Origin: a virus
Strand: one strand, 5' to 3'
Virus record (IMG/VR): IMGVR_UViG_3300045988_031867
Length of the DNA: 58,475 nucleotides
In this document: positions 40,037-49,400 of the stretch, in pieces
How positions within the stretch are numbered: the first letter of the stretch is position 1
How the letters are laid out: every line of letters starts with the position of its first letter
Translations under genes and position numbers: made by a program
The notes under the pieces: model-generated
The model's input: only the letters and a program-made list of their open reading frames with translations
The model's database searches: none
Told to the model about the DNA's origin: nothing

Positions 40037-41962
40037 TTATCCCTCCACAATCTCTAATTTCTCGCTATCATTGACAATCAGCATAATCAACTGACTATCG
40101 ACCATTTCAGCAACTTTCTTCTGATTGATGCTGTCAAGGCTCTCACTATCATCTAAGATAATAGGTACTGACATACCACTAATCTTCTGAATAGAGTTAC
40201 ATATATCAACCCTACCAAGAATCCTGTTACCCTTATTACTCATAGTTGTAAGAATTGACTTTCCATCAACTGTCGGTATGCAAACTGACTTGTAACCACC
40301 CGACTTGTTCAATTCAAACAGCTTCCACTTAACTAATGAGAAATGACTGTTAATGCTGTCAGATAATGTTTCATTCTTCGCCTTATCCAGTTCATCAAGC
40401 AAGTCAAGGATTTTTTCAGCATTAGCCTTATTCTGCTCCTGCGTACGCTGTTCTGTCCTTAATTCTTCAAGCCGCTGTTCGTCTCTCTCTGTGTTACTTT
40501 CAGCTATCTTTCGCTCACATTCTGACAACTGCTGCCTTAAATTACTTTCTGTTGCCTTTAATTCAGCCTTAGCAGTGGTTATGATTTTAGCCTTAGACAT
40601 AGCCTGCTCTTTTTCAGCTATTTCACCAGAAAGTGCCTTGTATTCCTCTGAATCGGTAATATCAATCTCCTGTGGCAGTTCTGTCAACTGCTCTGTAAGG
40701 ACTTCAATAGCCGTATTCAGCATTCCAAGACTTTCCTCATGCTCCGGCAACTCTGCTTCGAGGTCTGCAAGTGTTTTCTTCTCTTTGCTAAGTCTGTCAG
40801 CATAAAGGTTTCCGTTATCCGTGATAGCTTTTAACGTGTCTGCCTTGTGTTTCTTGAAGTCGGCTCTCAACTGCTCTTTCTTATTCTCACTGTATTCACT
40901 ACCGCAGTAAGGGCAGATAAGGCTATTCTCATCAAACTGGCGGTTATTCTCCTCAGTCCACTTCTTGCGTTCTGCATCGAGATATCCGGTTATACTCTCA
41001 ATAGTTTTCTTCGACAGTTCAATACAGCTCTCTGTCTCGCCGATAGTCTTTTCTGTCTGCCTAACAAGAAACTGCTTATCAGAAATCTTATCCTCAATCT
41101 CTCTTCTAGCCTTAATATTGTCCTCGTTAGCCTTGCGAACCATATCACTCTGCTTGAACTTCAAATCAAGGATATCGGCACTAGCCTTATCATATTCAGC
41201 CAACATCTTGCCAGTGTCCGTCTGATTAGCTATGCAATTACTTATCTGCTCCTTAAGGCTATTTCTGTGTAATTCAAGGTCAGATATTTCAATAGCCTGT
41301 TTAAGCTGAATATCTCTTTCCTTTTCCTTAATCTGTCCGTCAAGAATAGGCAAATCCTTTGTAATCTTGGTCTTGGTAGCCTTATTCATAGCAGATAATT
41401 CTTCTGCTGTGTATTTCTCCAGCAGCGGCACTAACTCGGCTAATTCAGCCTTAGAACGTGCTATATCAAGGTCTGTCACATTCTCAACAAGACTAAATAA
41501 GTTTTCTCTCATTTCAGCCGGCTTCTGATTAAGAAATGCGTTGATGTTACTGCACATCTTAAACACGCTCATATCAATGTCAAGATATGTGTTGAAGTCC
41601 TTTAATGTCTTAGGCACATCATTGACAAAATACTTGTTATCATCCTTGTAACCGCTGCCATCCTTGCTGTAAGTACGTTTCTGCACTTTCTTCATAGTGA
41701 CTTCTTTTCCGTCTGCATCCAGTACAAGCTCGACTGACACGTCCATATCATCAACCGATACTCCGTCAGCCTCACGCCTGACAACCGGATTATCCTTTAA
41801 CTCGTAATCACAGTTGAACAAGCACCACAAATACGCGGTTGCTATTGTTGACTTGCCGACACCGTTCTTAGCCATAAGCTTAGTAATGGCGTAAAAATCA
41901 AAATCCTTGCTTGCGTAACACATGAAGTTCTCAACCCTCATGTTCAAAAGCTTAATATTCAT
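40037..41962 (-). CDS. SMC/Rad50/SbcC-like AAA ATPase with zinc hook
   Basis: Walker A AKNGVGKST, a long Lys/Glu coiled coil with central CPYCG, and C-terminal PIILDDSESLD. Confidence 0.75.
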   Translation of the reverse strand: MNIKLLNMRVENFMCYASKDFDFYAITKLMAKNGVGKSTIATAYLWCLFNCDYELKDNPVVRREADGVSVDDMDVSVELVLDADGKEVTMKKVQKRTYSKDGSGYKDDNKYFVNDVPKTLKDFNTYLDIDMSVFKMCSNINAFLNQKPAEMRENLFSLVENVTDLDIARSKAELAELVPLLEKYTAEELSAMNKATKTKITKDLPILDGQIKEKERDIQLKQAIEISDLELHRNSLKEQISNCIANQTDTGKMLAEYDKASADILDLKFKQSDMVRKANEDNIKARREIEDKISDKQFLVRQTEKTIGETESCIELSKKTIESITGYLDAERKKWTEENNRQFDENSLICPYCGSEYSENKKEQLRADFKKHKADTLKAITDNGNLYADRLSKEKKTLADLEAELPEHEESLGMLNTAIEVLTEQLTELPQEIDITDSEEYKALSGEIAEKEQAMSKAKIITTAKAELKATESNLRQQLSECERKIAESNTERDEQRLEELRTEQRTQEQNKANAEKILDLLDELDKAKNETLSDSINSHFSLVKWKLFELNKSGGYKSVCIPTVDGKSILTTMSNKGNRILGRVDICNSIQKISGMSVPIILDDSESLDSINQKKVAEMVDSQLIMLIVNDSEKLEIVEG

Positions 41963-41967
41963 TCCTC

Positions 41968-42090
41968 TTAGTCCTCCTTCTGAACGGCTCCTGTAATCTT
42001 GCCATCCTCAATAATCACTCCCATTTTCTCTGCTTCGCATACAATAGCCAGCTCTTTTACCGCTAATGCGTTTAAGTCTGTAATAACCAT
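41968..42090 (-). CDS. Hypothetical peptide, 40 aa
   Basis: SD AAAGGAGGT precedes ATG 42090. Its 3' end carries the SD of the ATPase gene. Confidence 0.45.
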   Translation of the reverse strand: MVITDLNALAVKELAIVCEAEKMGVIIEDGKITGAVQKED

Positions 42091-42096
42091 CACGTT

Positions 42097-42243
42097 TTAC
42101 CTCCTTTTAAATTTGTCTATAATTTTCTTCTTGGCTCCGTCTTTACTCATAAGGTACAAGTAAAAATCCGTCTCTTTCTCCAACATCCAGTCATTTGCAT
42201 TAAGCCTGTGCGACGATACAATAACTTTCTGCTTATACGTCAA
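42097..42243 (-). CDS. Hypothetical peptide, 48 aa (TTG start)
   Basis: An open frame fills the gap between neighbours. The SD is weak. Confidence 0.25.
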   Translation of the reverse strand: MTYKQKVIVSSHRLNANDWMLEKETDFYLYLMSKDGAKKKIIDKFKRR

Positions 42244-42256
42244 TTTTTTGGCTGTT

Positions 42257-42652
42257 TCACTCTCTTACCCTCACTCGCCATTCCTCCCACACGCCAAACT
42301 TCAATGCGCCAGCGTGTTCCTCGAAATATATGTCAATCCTGTTGCCCTTGATTGCACCACCGCAGTCCTCAGCGACAAATGTTCCGATTCCCTCAATGTC
42401 CACTAGTGAGTTGTAAGGAATAACCGTAGGGTCTACCGCTATGGTAACGCCCTCAATAGCATAAGTTCCTGTTGCAGTTATTCGGTCATTCTTTCCGCAA
42501 CACTTCTTGCAACCGCAATATGCTGTAAGCGTGAACGTCTGCCATTCGTCCGATGTTTCCTCAATAGGACCATATATCGGCTTCTCTATGTAGTTGGGTG
42601 CTGTCGGTGCAACGCATATACATACGGCACACAAAATGCTTAGAATTGACAT
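42257..42652 (-). CDS. Secreted 3D-domain (YuiC/MltA-like) cell-wall hydrolase
   Basis: Signal/anchor MSILSILCAVCICVAP, then TLTAYCGCKKCCGK...GVTIAVDPTVIPYNSLVDIEGIG..FVAEDCGGAIKGNRIDIYF. Confidence 0.65.
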   Translation of the reverse strand: MSILSILCAVCICVAPTAPNYIEKPIYGPIEETSDEWQTFTLTAYCGCKKCCGKNDRITATGTYAIEGVTIAVDPTVIPYNSLVDIEGIGTFVAEDCGGAIKGNRIDIYFEEHAGALKFGVWEEWRVRVRE

Positions 42653-42664
42653 CGTTCCTCCTAA

Positions 42665-43501
42665 CTACGCATAAGCCATTGCATACCGCTTAACAATATC
42701 CTCAAATATCGCCTTAAGCTGTGGCTTTTCGTATATAATTGCAATCTTGGTAGTACCCTCTCTGATTGCTGTTTTGGTGTTTCCGGCTTTTTCCATTCTC
42801 GCTGTCTTGTTGTCCTGTAATCTCTTTAGGCTACAATGGGCTATGGTTTCAAGCCGTCCGTACATCTCGTTGTAAAGCGTCTGATAGTCAATGCCGCTCT
42901 TAATTGAGATTTCACGGATTCTTGCGTTTATCTCCGCTTTCCAGTCACCAATCGGCTGTGTGAAAATCTCCTTAATGTTATTGACAGTGCTTTCAACCTT
43001 AGTTATCTGCTCTGCCTGTCGCTTGCTTTCAAGCTCCTGTCTGCTCATGTTCTCAACAAGCATATTCATTAGCTGTAACTGTGGTGACAACTGGGTTCGG
43101 TCAATAGCCGTCTGCTTGACACGCTCCTCAACCACTGTGAAGTACTCCCTTGCCTGTTCCGCCTTTTCTCCGTTGCCCTTAACGGATAACTTCTTTGCAA
43201 AGTGAGCTGTGAGCCTGTAATCTGTTGTCGGTCTGCCACCCAATGGGTTTTCTTCCTGTGGTACGAAAACCCAATAATCCTCGTTTTCTGTGGCAAACTC
43301 GTTGTCAATAATGTTTGCCTTGCACCATTTGGAATAGTTGCTAGGGTTAAGTCCTAAAAACTCATACAGCTTTCTTGCTGTTGTCATACCCTCGCTGTCA
43401 ATGTCAAGGGCTATCTCAATCGGTGTTCTTGTCTCTGCTTTCTCGACTTCGTTCAAGTTCTCTTTTCTCCTTTCTTGTGTTATAATCTCCATATTATTCA
43501 A
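42665..43501 (-). CDS. AntA/KilAC-type antirepressor
   Basis: ARKLYEFLGLNPSNYSKWCKANII...GGRPTTDYRLTAHFAKKLSV...AREYF. The start is either TTG 43501 or ATG 43492. Confidence 0.65.
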   Translation of the reverse strand: MNNMEIITQERRKENLNEVEKAETRTPIEIALDIDSEGMTTARKLYEFLGLNPSNYSKWCKANIIDNEFATENEDYWVFVPQEENPLGGRPTTDYRLTAHFAKKLSVKGNGEKAEQAREYFTVVEERVKQTAIDRTQLSPQLQLMNMLVENMSRQELESKRQAEQITKVESTVNNIKEIFTQPIGDWKAEINARIREISIKSGIDYQTLYNEMYGRLETIAHCSLKRLQDNKTARMEKAGNTKTAIREGTTKIAIIYEKPQLKAIFEDIVKRYAMAYA

Positions 43502-43518
43502 TAAGGAGGTGACTTGCT

Positions 43519-43698
43519 TTGCCAGTTGAACAAATTGTGTCTGCTTATGCTACCGCTAAGGTTTGCGGTTATAACGGCTCTTTAGATGATTTCAAGAAAC
43601 TGTACGTCCAATACTATTCGGAAATCATAAACTCCCTGCCGGCTGAAAAACCGCAATCAGCAAAAATTGAAGCGGCAATCAACCCTTTCCGTAGGTAG
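43519..43698 (+). CDS. Plus-strand small ORF, 59 aa (TTG start)
   Basis: SD AAGGAGGTGA (43503-12) lies 9 nt before TTG 43519. MPVEQIVSAYATAKVCGYNGSLDDFKKLYVQYYSEIINSLPAEKPQSAKIEAAINPFRR. It fills an otherwise empty 177-nt gap. Confidence 0.45.
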   Translation: MPVEQIVSAYATAKVCGYNGSLDDFKKLYVQYYSEIINSLPAEKPQSAKIEAAINPFRR

Positions 43699-43933
43699 AC
43701 TTGCTTCTAAAAGCTTCAATCACTGGCGTAATGGCGGTGAGAACTTTGAGAGACAGCTCAATGTTAGTTTCTTCAATCTTCTTACCGCCATTTATAATGT
43801 CCTGATAATCGTCAATGACATCCATTGCTATGTGCTGTGCCAGTTCATCAATACCGATGTAGCGGGCATCATCTTTCTTGACTATCACAGCTTTTCCAGT
43901 ACTGTCTACAATACTGTATCTCTGCTTATCCAT
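43679..43933 (-). CDS. Hypothetical protein
   Basis: 84-aa ORF downstream of the cro-like gene. Confidence 0.6.
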   Translation of the reverse strand: MDKQRYSIVDSTGKAVIVKKDDARYIGIDELAQHIAMDVIDDYQDIINGGKKIEETNIELSLKVLTAITPVIEAFRSKSTYGKG

Positions 43934-43955
43934 TCTTACTCCTTTCTACAAAAAG

Positions 43956-44180
43956 TTAAATCTTTTGAACTTCAAGCGTAAAAAAATAATCCTGTATGTC
44001 CTCTTCTGCTAACCCTAACAGCTTTATTGCAGACAGTATTTCTGTCTGTTTCCAAGGTCTTTTGCCTGTCATCTTAAAAGACAATGTTCTCTCCGAACAG
44101 CCCAAAGCCTTAGCGAAATCAGACTGGCTACCATATTTTTCCACAATGCGTCCTCTTAGCTTGCTGTAATTAAAAGCCAT
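43956..44180 (-). CDS. Cro-like HTH regulator
   Basis: 74 aa. SQSDFAKALGCSERTLSFKMTGKRPW. Divergent from the cI-like gene. Confidence 0.7.
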   Translation of the reverse strand: MAFNYSKLRGRIVEKYGSQSDFAKALGCSERTLSFKMTGKRPWKQTEILSAIKLLGLAEEDIQDYFFTLEVQKI

Positions 44181-44354
44181 TCTCTTTGCCTCTCCTTTCT
44201 CGTTTTTAAGTTCAATGTTTTGAACTGATTGTATAATACCACCACTTTACACACATGTCAACAGAAAGTTCAACATTTTTTACTTTTTAAGTTTTATGTA
44301 TTGAACTTTCGTTCAAATAGTGTTATATTGTTATACGAAAGGAGGAAAACCAAA
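44181..44354. promoter_or_regulatory. Immunity switch: face-to-face promoters and GTTCAA/TTGAAC operators
   Basis: Minus-strand TTGACA (44256-61), 17-nt spacer, TATTAT (44233-38). Plus-strand TATAAT at 44232-37. Palindromes GTTCAAtgttTTGAAC (44210-25) and TTGAACtttcGTTCAA, plus extra half-sites. Confidence 0.7.
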
Positions 44355-44732
44355 GTGAAAGAGACAACCGCAGATAGGCTCAAAAAACTAATGAGCGAAA
44401 GAAGATTGAAGCAAGTCGATATTCTTACTCTTTCTGCACCATACTGTAAGGAATACAATATCAAGATGAATAAATCTGATATTAGCCAGTATGTGTCAGG
44501 CAAAGTCGAACCAAGCCAAGAAAAGCTAGTTATTCTAGGAATGGCTTTGGATGTTTCAGAAGCATGGCTTATGGGTTTTGATGTTTCGCCAGAACGCAAA
44601 GACAAGTCGGTCAAAGCCGATAAGGATATTGATTTAATGTGGAAATTTTCTTTGTTAGACCAAAGAGATAAAGATACCATTTTAGGCATGATTGATGTTA
44701 TGTTATCTCGAAAAAAGAAAAGTGAGGATTAA
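44355..44732 (+). CDS. cI-like XRE-family repressor
   Basis: GTG 44355 lies behind AAAGGAGGAAAA. RLKKLMSERRLKQVDILTL...SDISQYVSGKVEPSQEKLVILGMALDVSEAWLMG. 125 aa. Confidence 0.7.
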   Translation: MKETTADRLKKLMSERRLKQVDILTLSAPYCKEYNIKMNKSDISQYVSGKVEPSQEKLVILGMALDVSEAWLMGFDVSPERKDKSVKADKDIDLMWKFSLLDQRDKDTILGMIDVMLSRKKKSED

Positions 44733-44887
44733 CCCCACTTCTCTAAAAAAAGTTTGATGAATGTATGCAGGTACTCTAGGGTGCCTGCATCTTCTATTTT
44801 AGTTATCATTTTAATGATTTGTTCTTTGTTGTCAATAGCTTCTTTGGTTAATTCGGCTCGTTCTTTTAACTTCACCTTACCCAACAT
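44729..44887 (-). CDS. Small protein of the GTLEYLxTFxxLFLEKWG family, 52 aa
   Basis: Start moved to ATG 44887 behind GGGAGGGG. The C-terminus AGTLEYLHTFIKLFLEKWG is paralogous to 52615..52728. Confidence 0.5.
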   Translation of the reverse strand: MLGKVKLKERAELTKEAIDNKEQIIKMITKIEDAGTLEYLHTFIKLFLEKWG

Positions 44888-45024
44888 TACCCCTCCCAAA
44901 ATCCACACGTTTCCCAGTAGCGATGTGCTTATTATAGAACATAAGTTCGATATTGTCAAGCACAAGGAACGGTGCAACGCCAATCACACCGCTCCTCGCC
45001 GAAGCTTGATGTTGTTCCAGTTAG

Positions 45025-45468
45025 GAACATGTTGAGCATAACACAGAATCAACGGTAACTCACTCTCAATCGTGCCAAAAAAATCGACAAAATACGCAGA
45101 ATTACAGGACGGTTTACTTTGATGATGTCGCCATGAAGTACCTGAAAGACTATATTGCGTCAAGGAATAGCTCTAACAGCCCCAATAAGCCGCTTTTCAC
45201 CCAAAGCCGAACAACCAAGCCTATGAGTGATGAAGCCGTCAGAGCAAGCCTTAAACGCATTAAAAACAATGCCAAGATTGACCGCCGTATTTATCCTCAC
45301 CTATTCCGCAAGACCACCGCAACGAACATTGTCAAGCGTGGCGGTTCAGTGCATGATGCCGGAGAATACCTCGGACATAAAGACCAAAGTGTTACCGGCA
45401 AGCATTACAGCTATATAGGCGAGGAACATACACGAACTATCTTTGAGAAGTATGTGGCTACAGTGTGA
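45025..45468 (+). pseudogene. Truncated tyrosine recombinase (C-terminal catalytic half only)
   Basis: The open frame after TAG 45022 has no start until M at 45133. It retains HLFRKTTATNIV (HxxR), LGHKD and the terminal GKHY Tyr. It lacks the N-terminal domain and the first catalytic Arg. Confidence 0.7.
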
Positions 45469-45531
45469 TGCCGTAGCCATGTAAATAATAATTTATCAGG
45501 ATTAATTGTATCGGATATTCACGAAGTTCCG

Positions 45532-45822
45532 GTGTCCAAGGCTTTAACGTCGCAATACACTTGTTATATCAATAGTTATGAACGTATATCTATTAACACT
45601 ATACACGTTACACTCGCCCTATATTATGATATAGAATGTCCCATCGGAACAGATATTGCTTACTTGCCACAACATATAACCAAAAAAATTCCATGTATGA
45701 TTAGACTTAATGATAATTGGATGCCAGCTTACTGTCTGGTGAATCAAGGAATAATCACACAAGATTGGTCTGATCATTGTACTGGAATATATATTGATAC
45801 ATTAATTGTGGATACCCCCTGA
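45532..45822 (+). CDS. Doubtful ORF (GTG start, no SD); possible gene remnant
   Basis: 96 codons open on the plus strand between the integrase remnant and the tail genes. No ribosome-binding site is visible. Confidence 0.2.
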   Translation: MSKALTSQYTCYINSYERISINTIHVTLALYYDIECPIGTDIAYLPQHITKKIPCMIRLNDNWMPAYCLVNQGIITQDWSDHCTGIYIDTLIVDTP

Positions 45823-45847
45823 TTGTCAACATTATCCTACTACATTG

Positions 45848-46198
45848 CTAATATTCTGCAACAATAACCAAGCCAATATTACCTTTATCCTCACTCCAGT
45901 CGAATGCAAAACTTGAATCGCTAAGTATTTTCTTGGGGAGCAATATATCCCCCGTATTAGTTAGCACAAAAGCTATGTATTGTGTAGTATCAATACTGTT
46001 AAATTCAGCTACCTCGTTACCATCTGTACGCCTTTTGGTTTGAAAACGCATTTGAGCAAGTCTGGAACGGGCTAAATTATTATTTACCTCATTAATTGCA
46101 TCCGCATTTGCCTTAACACCGCCCTCAATATTATTAAATTTATCTGGCGTAAGCTCCTCGCCGTACCCCCATGTATGCTGATTATATTCTACTGCCAT
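45848..46198 (-). CDS. Small tail-fibre-associated protein
   Basis: 116 aa. The N-terminal HTWGYGEELTPDKFNNIEGGV pattern is common at the N-termini of Gram-positive phage fibre/receptor-binding proteins. Confidence 0.4.
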   Translation of the reverse strand: MAVEYNQHTWGYGEELTPDKFNNIEGGVKANADAINEVNNNLARSRLAQMRFQTKRRTDGNEVAEFNSIDTTQYIAFVLTNTGDILLPKKILSDSSFAFDWSEDKGNIGLVIVAEY

Positions 46199-46201
46199 AG
46201 T

Positions 46202-46432
46202 TTATACCTCGCTTTCTCTCTGCTCTGCTGCCTTATCAACGGCATTTTTCTTAAGTTGTTCTGCTTTTTCCAGTTCTGCTGCTTCGCGGACAACCATTGC
46301 ATCCGCGTCCTCCTCTATCTGTGCTGTTAAACCCCTCAGAACCAGAAGCTTAACCTCTGGTTCTATAGGTGACTGCTTAATGTAGGACGTTAGCGAATTG
46401 CGGAACATCCTAATGTTGTAATTACTACTCAT
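46202..46432 (-). CDS. Hypothetical protein
   Basis: Start moved to ATG 46432 behind TAGGAGGAA. 76 aa. Confidence 0.55.
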   Translation of the reverse strand: MSSNYNIRMFRNSLTSYIKQSPIEPEVKLLVLRGLTAQIEEDADAMVVREAAELEKAEQLKKNAVDKAAEQRESEV

Positions 46433-49400
46433 ATTTTTTCCTCCTATCTTTTTCAAGTTCGTTTATACGAGCTTTCAATTTTTGGATTTGCCATACACAA
46501 AGAGCGATGAGTTCTTGCTTATTAACTCCAAGTTTATCCTCGTTGATATGGTCAAATAATGCCATGTCTGCCTCGATTCCTGCTTCTGTAATCGCTTTCT
46601 CAATGTCTTGTGCGATGAAGCCCAGGTGTCTTTGGGTTTCCACGTATTCTGTGCCTTTGTTATAATAAAATGCTGATGGCTTTAGACTATTAAAAAGTTC
46701 TTCCATGTGTTCTTCATCGTCCAGACTTTTGATTGTGTTCTTGTATCGTGCATCTGATGTATTATTAGCGGCAATGCATATCTTGTACCAATCCGATGAT
46801 GCAGTGTATTCATCAAAATGTGTTACCCATGTTCCGCTCACGCCTAAACCGTTAGAGTAGAATCGGCGTATACCATCTGTCCAGTATTGCATTATCTCAC
46901 CTCTGTTATTAACTTGGTAAGCCGGCTTGTCTGCTGAACATTCACCTATTACCCACAGTCCCGCTTCATTCATTACAATGTTGTTTGCCCCTATTGCAAT
47001 GGCTCCGCCGTCCATTGCACACGCTTCAAGTCGCCGCCCTTTAATTGTTCCGGTTGTTATATTATCAGCATTGATTACAGTCTGTCCGCTTTCTTGTAAT
47101 GCCGATATTGTGACAAGCCCTTTTAAATCAAGCTTGCTCGATGAAATCAATACTTTTTCGGCACTGGCGTTGATTTCGGTTACAAGCTTGTCTTTCGACA
47201 CTTTGGTTTCTAGCCCTTCTGCCGTAGCTTTGATAGACGTTTCCAGTCTGCTGACAACCCCTTTTGTTGCGTAAGTCTTGCTTACATTCGTCATAATGCC
47301 CTCTGCGCTTTCGCTTATCGCTAAGTTCATCTGCGTAGTGGTTGAATAATTGCTTATCGTCTTGCTAAAGTCCTCTTTCAGTTCATCCGCTGAGAGTTTA
47401 ATGCTCGCCTGAGCATCAATCTTGGTTATGTAATCTGAGTTAACCTTAGTCTCGAACTTTGATAAATCAGCAGATAGTCCGTCTGCCGTAGCTTTATACT
47501 CAGCTAACTTCTTATTGACCCACGAAAATTCGGTATCGCCAACATCGGAAAACCCCCATGTGTCACCGCTCTTGATGAACCTGTACGTCTTGCCGGCAAC
47601 CTCATCATAAACAAGTGCTCTGTTGTGTTTCTTATAGCTTGTGTCTGAATAAGTAAACCTCAATCCCTGCGTAAGCTTATCACCCACCACTGGTCCCGAT
47701 GTCCAGTTGTACGCCGGATAATTTTGTAAGGTTGGGGTTCCTTGTATGGTGTAGACCTCATTGGCACCATCAAGAGCTTCATTAACCTCACTTATCTGCG
47801 CAGTAAGTCCCTCTGCTGTCCTGTTGAACTCTGCACTCAATGTGTTGACATAATCCCTAGTTGTGTACATCTTAGATATATCTTCCTTGATTCCGTCTGC
47901 TGTGGTCGCTACAAGTGTCTTGGCATCAATCTGTGTGATATACTCATTCGTCACCTTGGTTGACAGCTGCTCAACGCTCTGAGTAATTCCTTGTGCAGTT
48001 ACATTAAGGTCTGCTATCTGCTTCTGAATCACCGAATATTCAGTGTCGGCTATCGGCTCCCATATCCACATATCATCCTTTTTTATAAAACGGTATGTAG
48101 TCGCCGTATCCTCATCGAAAAACAATGTCCTCTGGTGTTTACGATACACCTCATCCGAATAAGTGAACTTTGTGCCCTCAACAAGTATATCGCCAACCTT
48201 GGGACCGGCTACCCAGTTGTATGCCGGGTAATTATAAAGTGTTGGTACTCCGTGACCGTTGATGACGGTTATCTCGCCATCTATCTGCGATTGCAAACTC
48301 TGTATCTTTACATCCAGTTCCGATGCGGTCTGTGTTATCTCATTCTTTAATCCGGCTTCAACATTCGATATTTCAGCTTTGTTCTGGTCTACATCACGGA
48401 TTAGTCGGTTTACCCTGCCTTTAAGTTGCGTAATTGACTTATTAGAGCTGTTTATCTGTGTGGTGCGTAATTGTTCCCCTTGTGCCGTATAACTGTCTGT
48501 AAGGGCTTGTATGCCCTTTAGGATGCGTTCTAAGACATAAGTGTTTATCTCTGCATACTTGCTTGATAGCTTAATTGCATCACCGACTTCAATACATGGG
48601 TTTCCGGAACTTGATATCTCCGCCGGACGGTACGTTATGCCTTTAACCTTGTCGAATATATTAGTTGCAATAGTCTTTAGTGTCGCCGCATCCTTGCCGT
48701 ACACAAGAAAGTTATTCTCGATAACGTAAGTGTTGCTGCCTGTGCCGACAATAGCTCCTATATCGTTCTCGTCCTGTCTAATTTGCAACTTGTCAATCTG
48801 TGACACAATGTAGTCTTGATAATCAGCACTTGTGTAGTAGCTCTTGTTGATTATTATAGGTGCCGTGTTGCTAAGGTATACAAACTCGAATTGCCCACTT
48901 CTGCCGATATGCCCCAAGCAACCGTTAATCTCGCAGATAGCATTGAGGACTTGACCGCCGCTAAATTCATCAGTGTCAACAGTTCTGCTTACAGTCATAG
49001 TATCGTTAGCAAGAGTAATCTCTTTTTGCGTGATGCCAAAATGAGCAAAAAAACTGTCTCTGAAAGTCTTGAATGTGATGTAAGTGTCCGTTGTTGGCAA
49101 GATATTGTTGTACCAATCAACAACATCGGTGTTAATCACATCGTACAACGCATCGTAAGCCTCAATCTCGCGTTTAATTCGGTCTGCCGTAGGTTTATCA
49201 GACACAACTTTATAACGCCCTAAAATGAACGAATTATCGCTGTTGCCATCAAGGATTATCTTGACAGTTATCCACTTGTCTTTCAGTGAAGTGAAAATAT
49301 TTGAAATTGTGAACTTAACCGTCGCCGCTTCACACGCTCCGAAAGTGAGTTCACTCTCGGAGCACAAGCTTTCAGTCAGTTCAAAGCTCTCTTGATGCAG

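Noticed and set aside
40353-41272. Three plus-strand ORFs (150, 141 and 86 aa) antisense to the SMC-like ATPase
   Set aside because: They are Ser/Leu-rich mirror frames of a Lys/Glu-rich coiled-coil gene, with no ribosome-binding sites.
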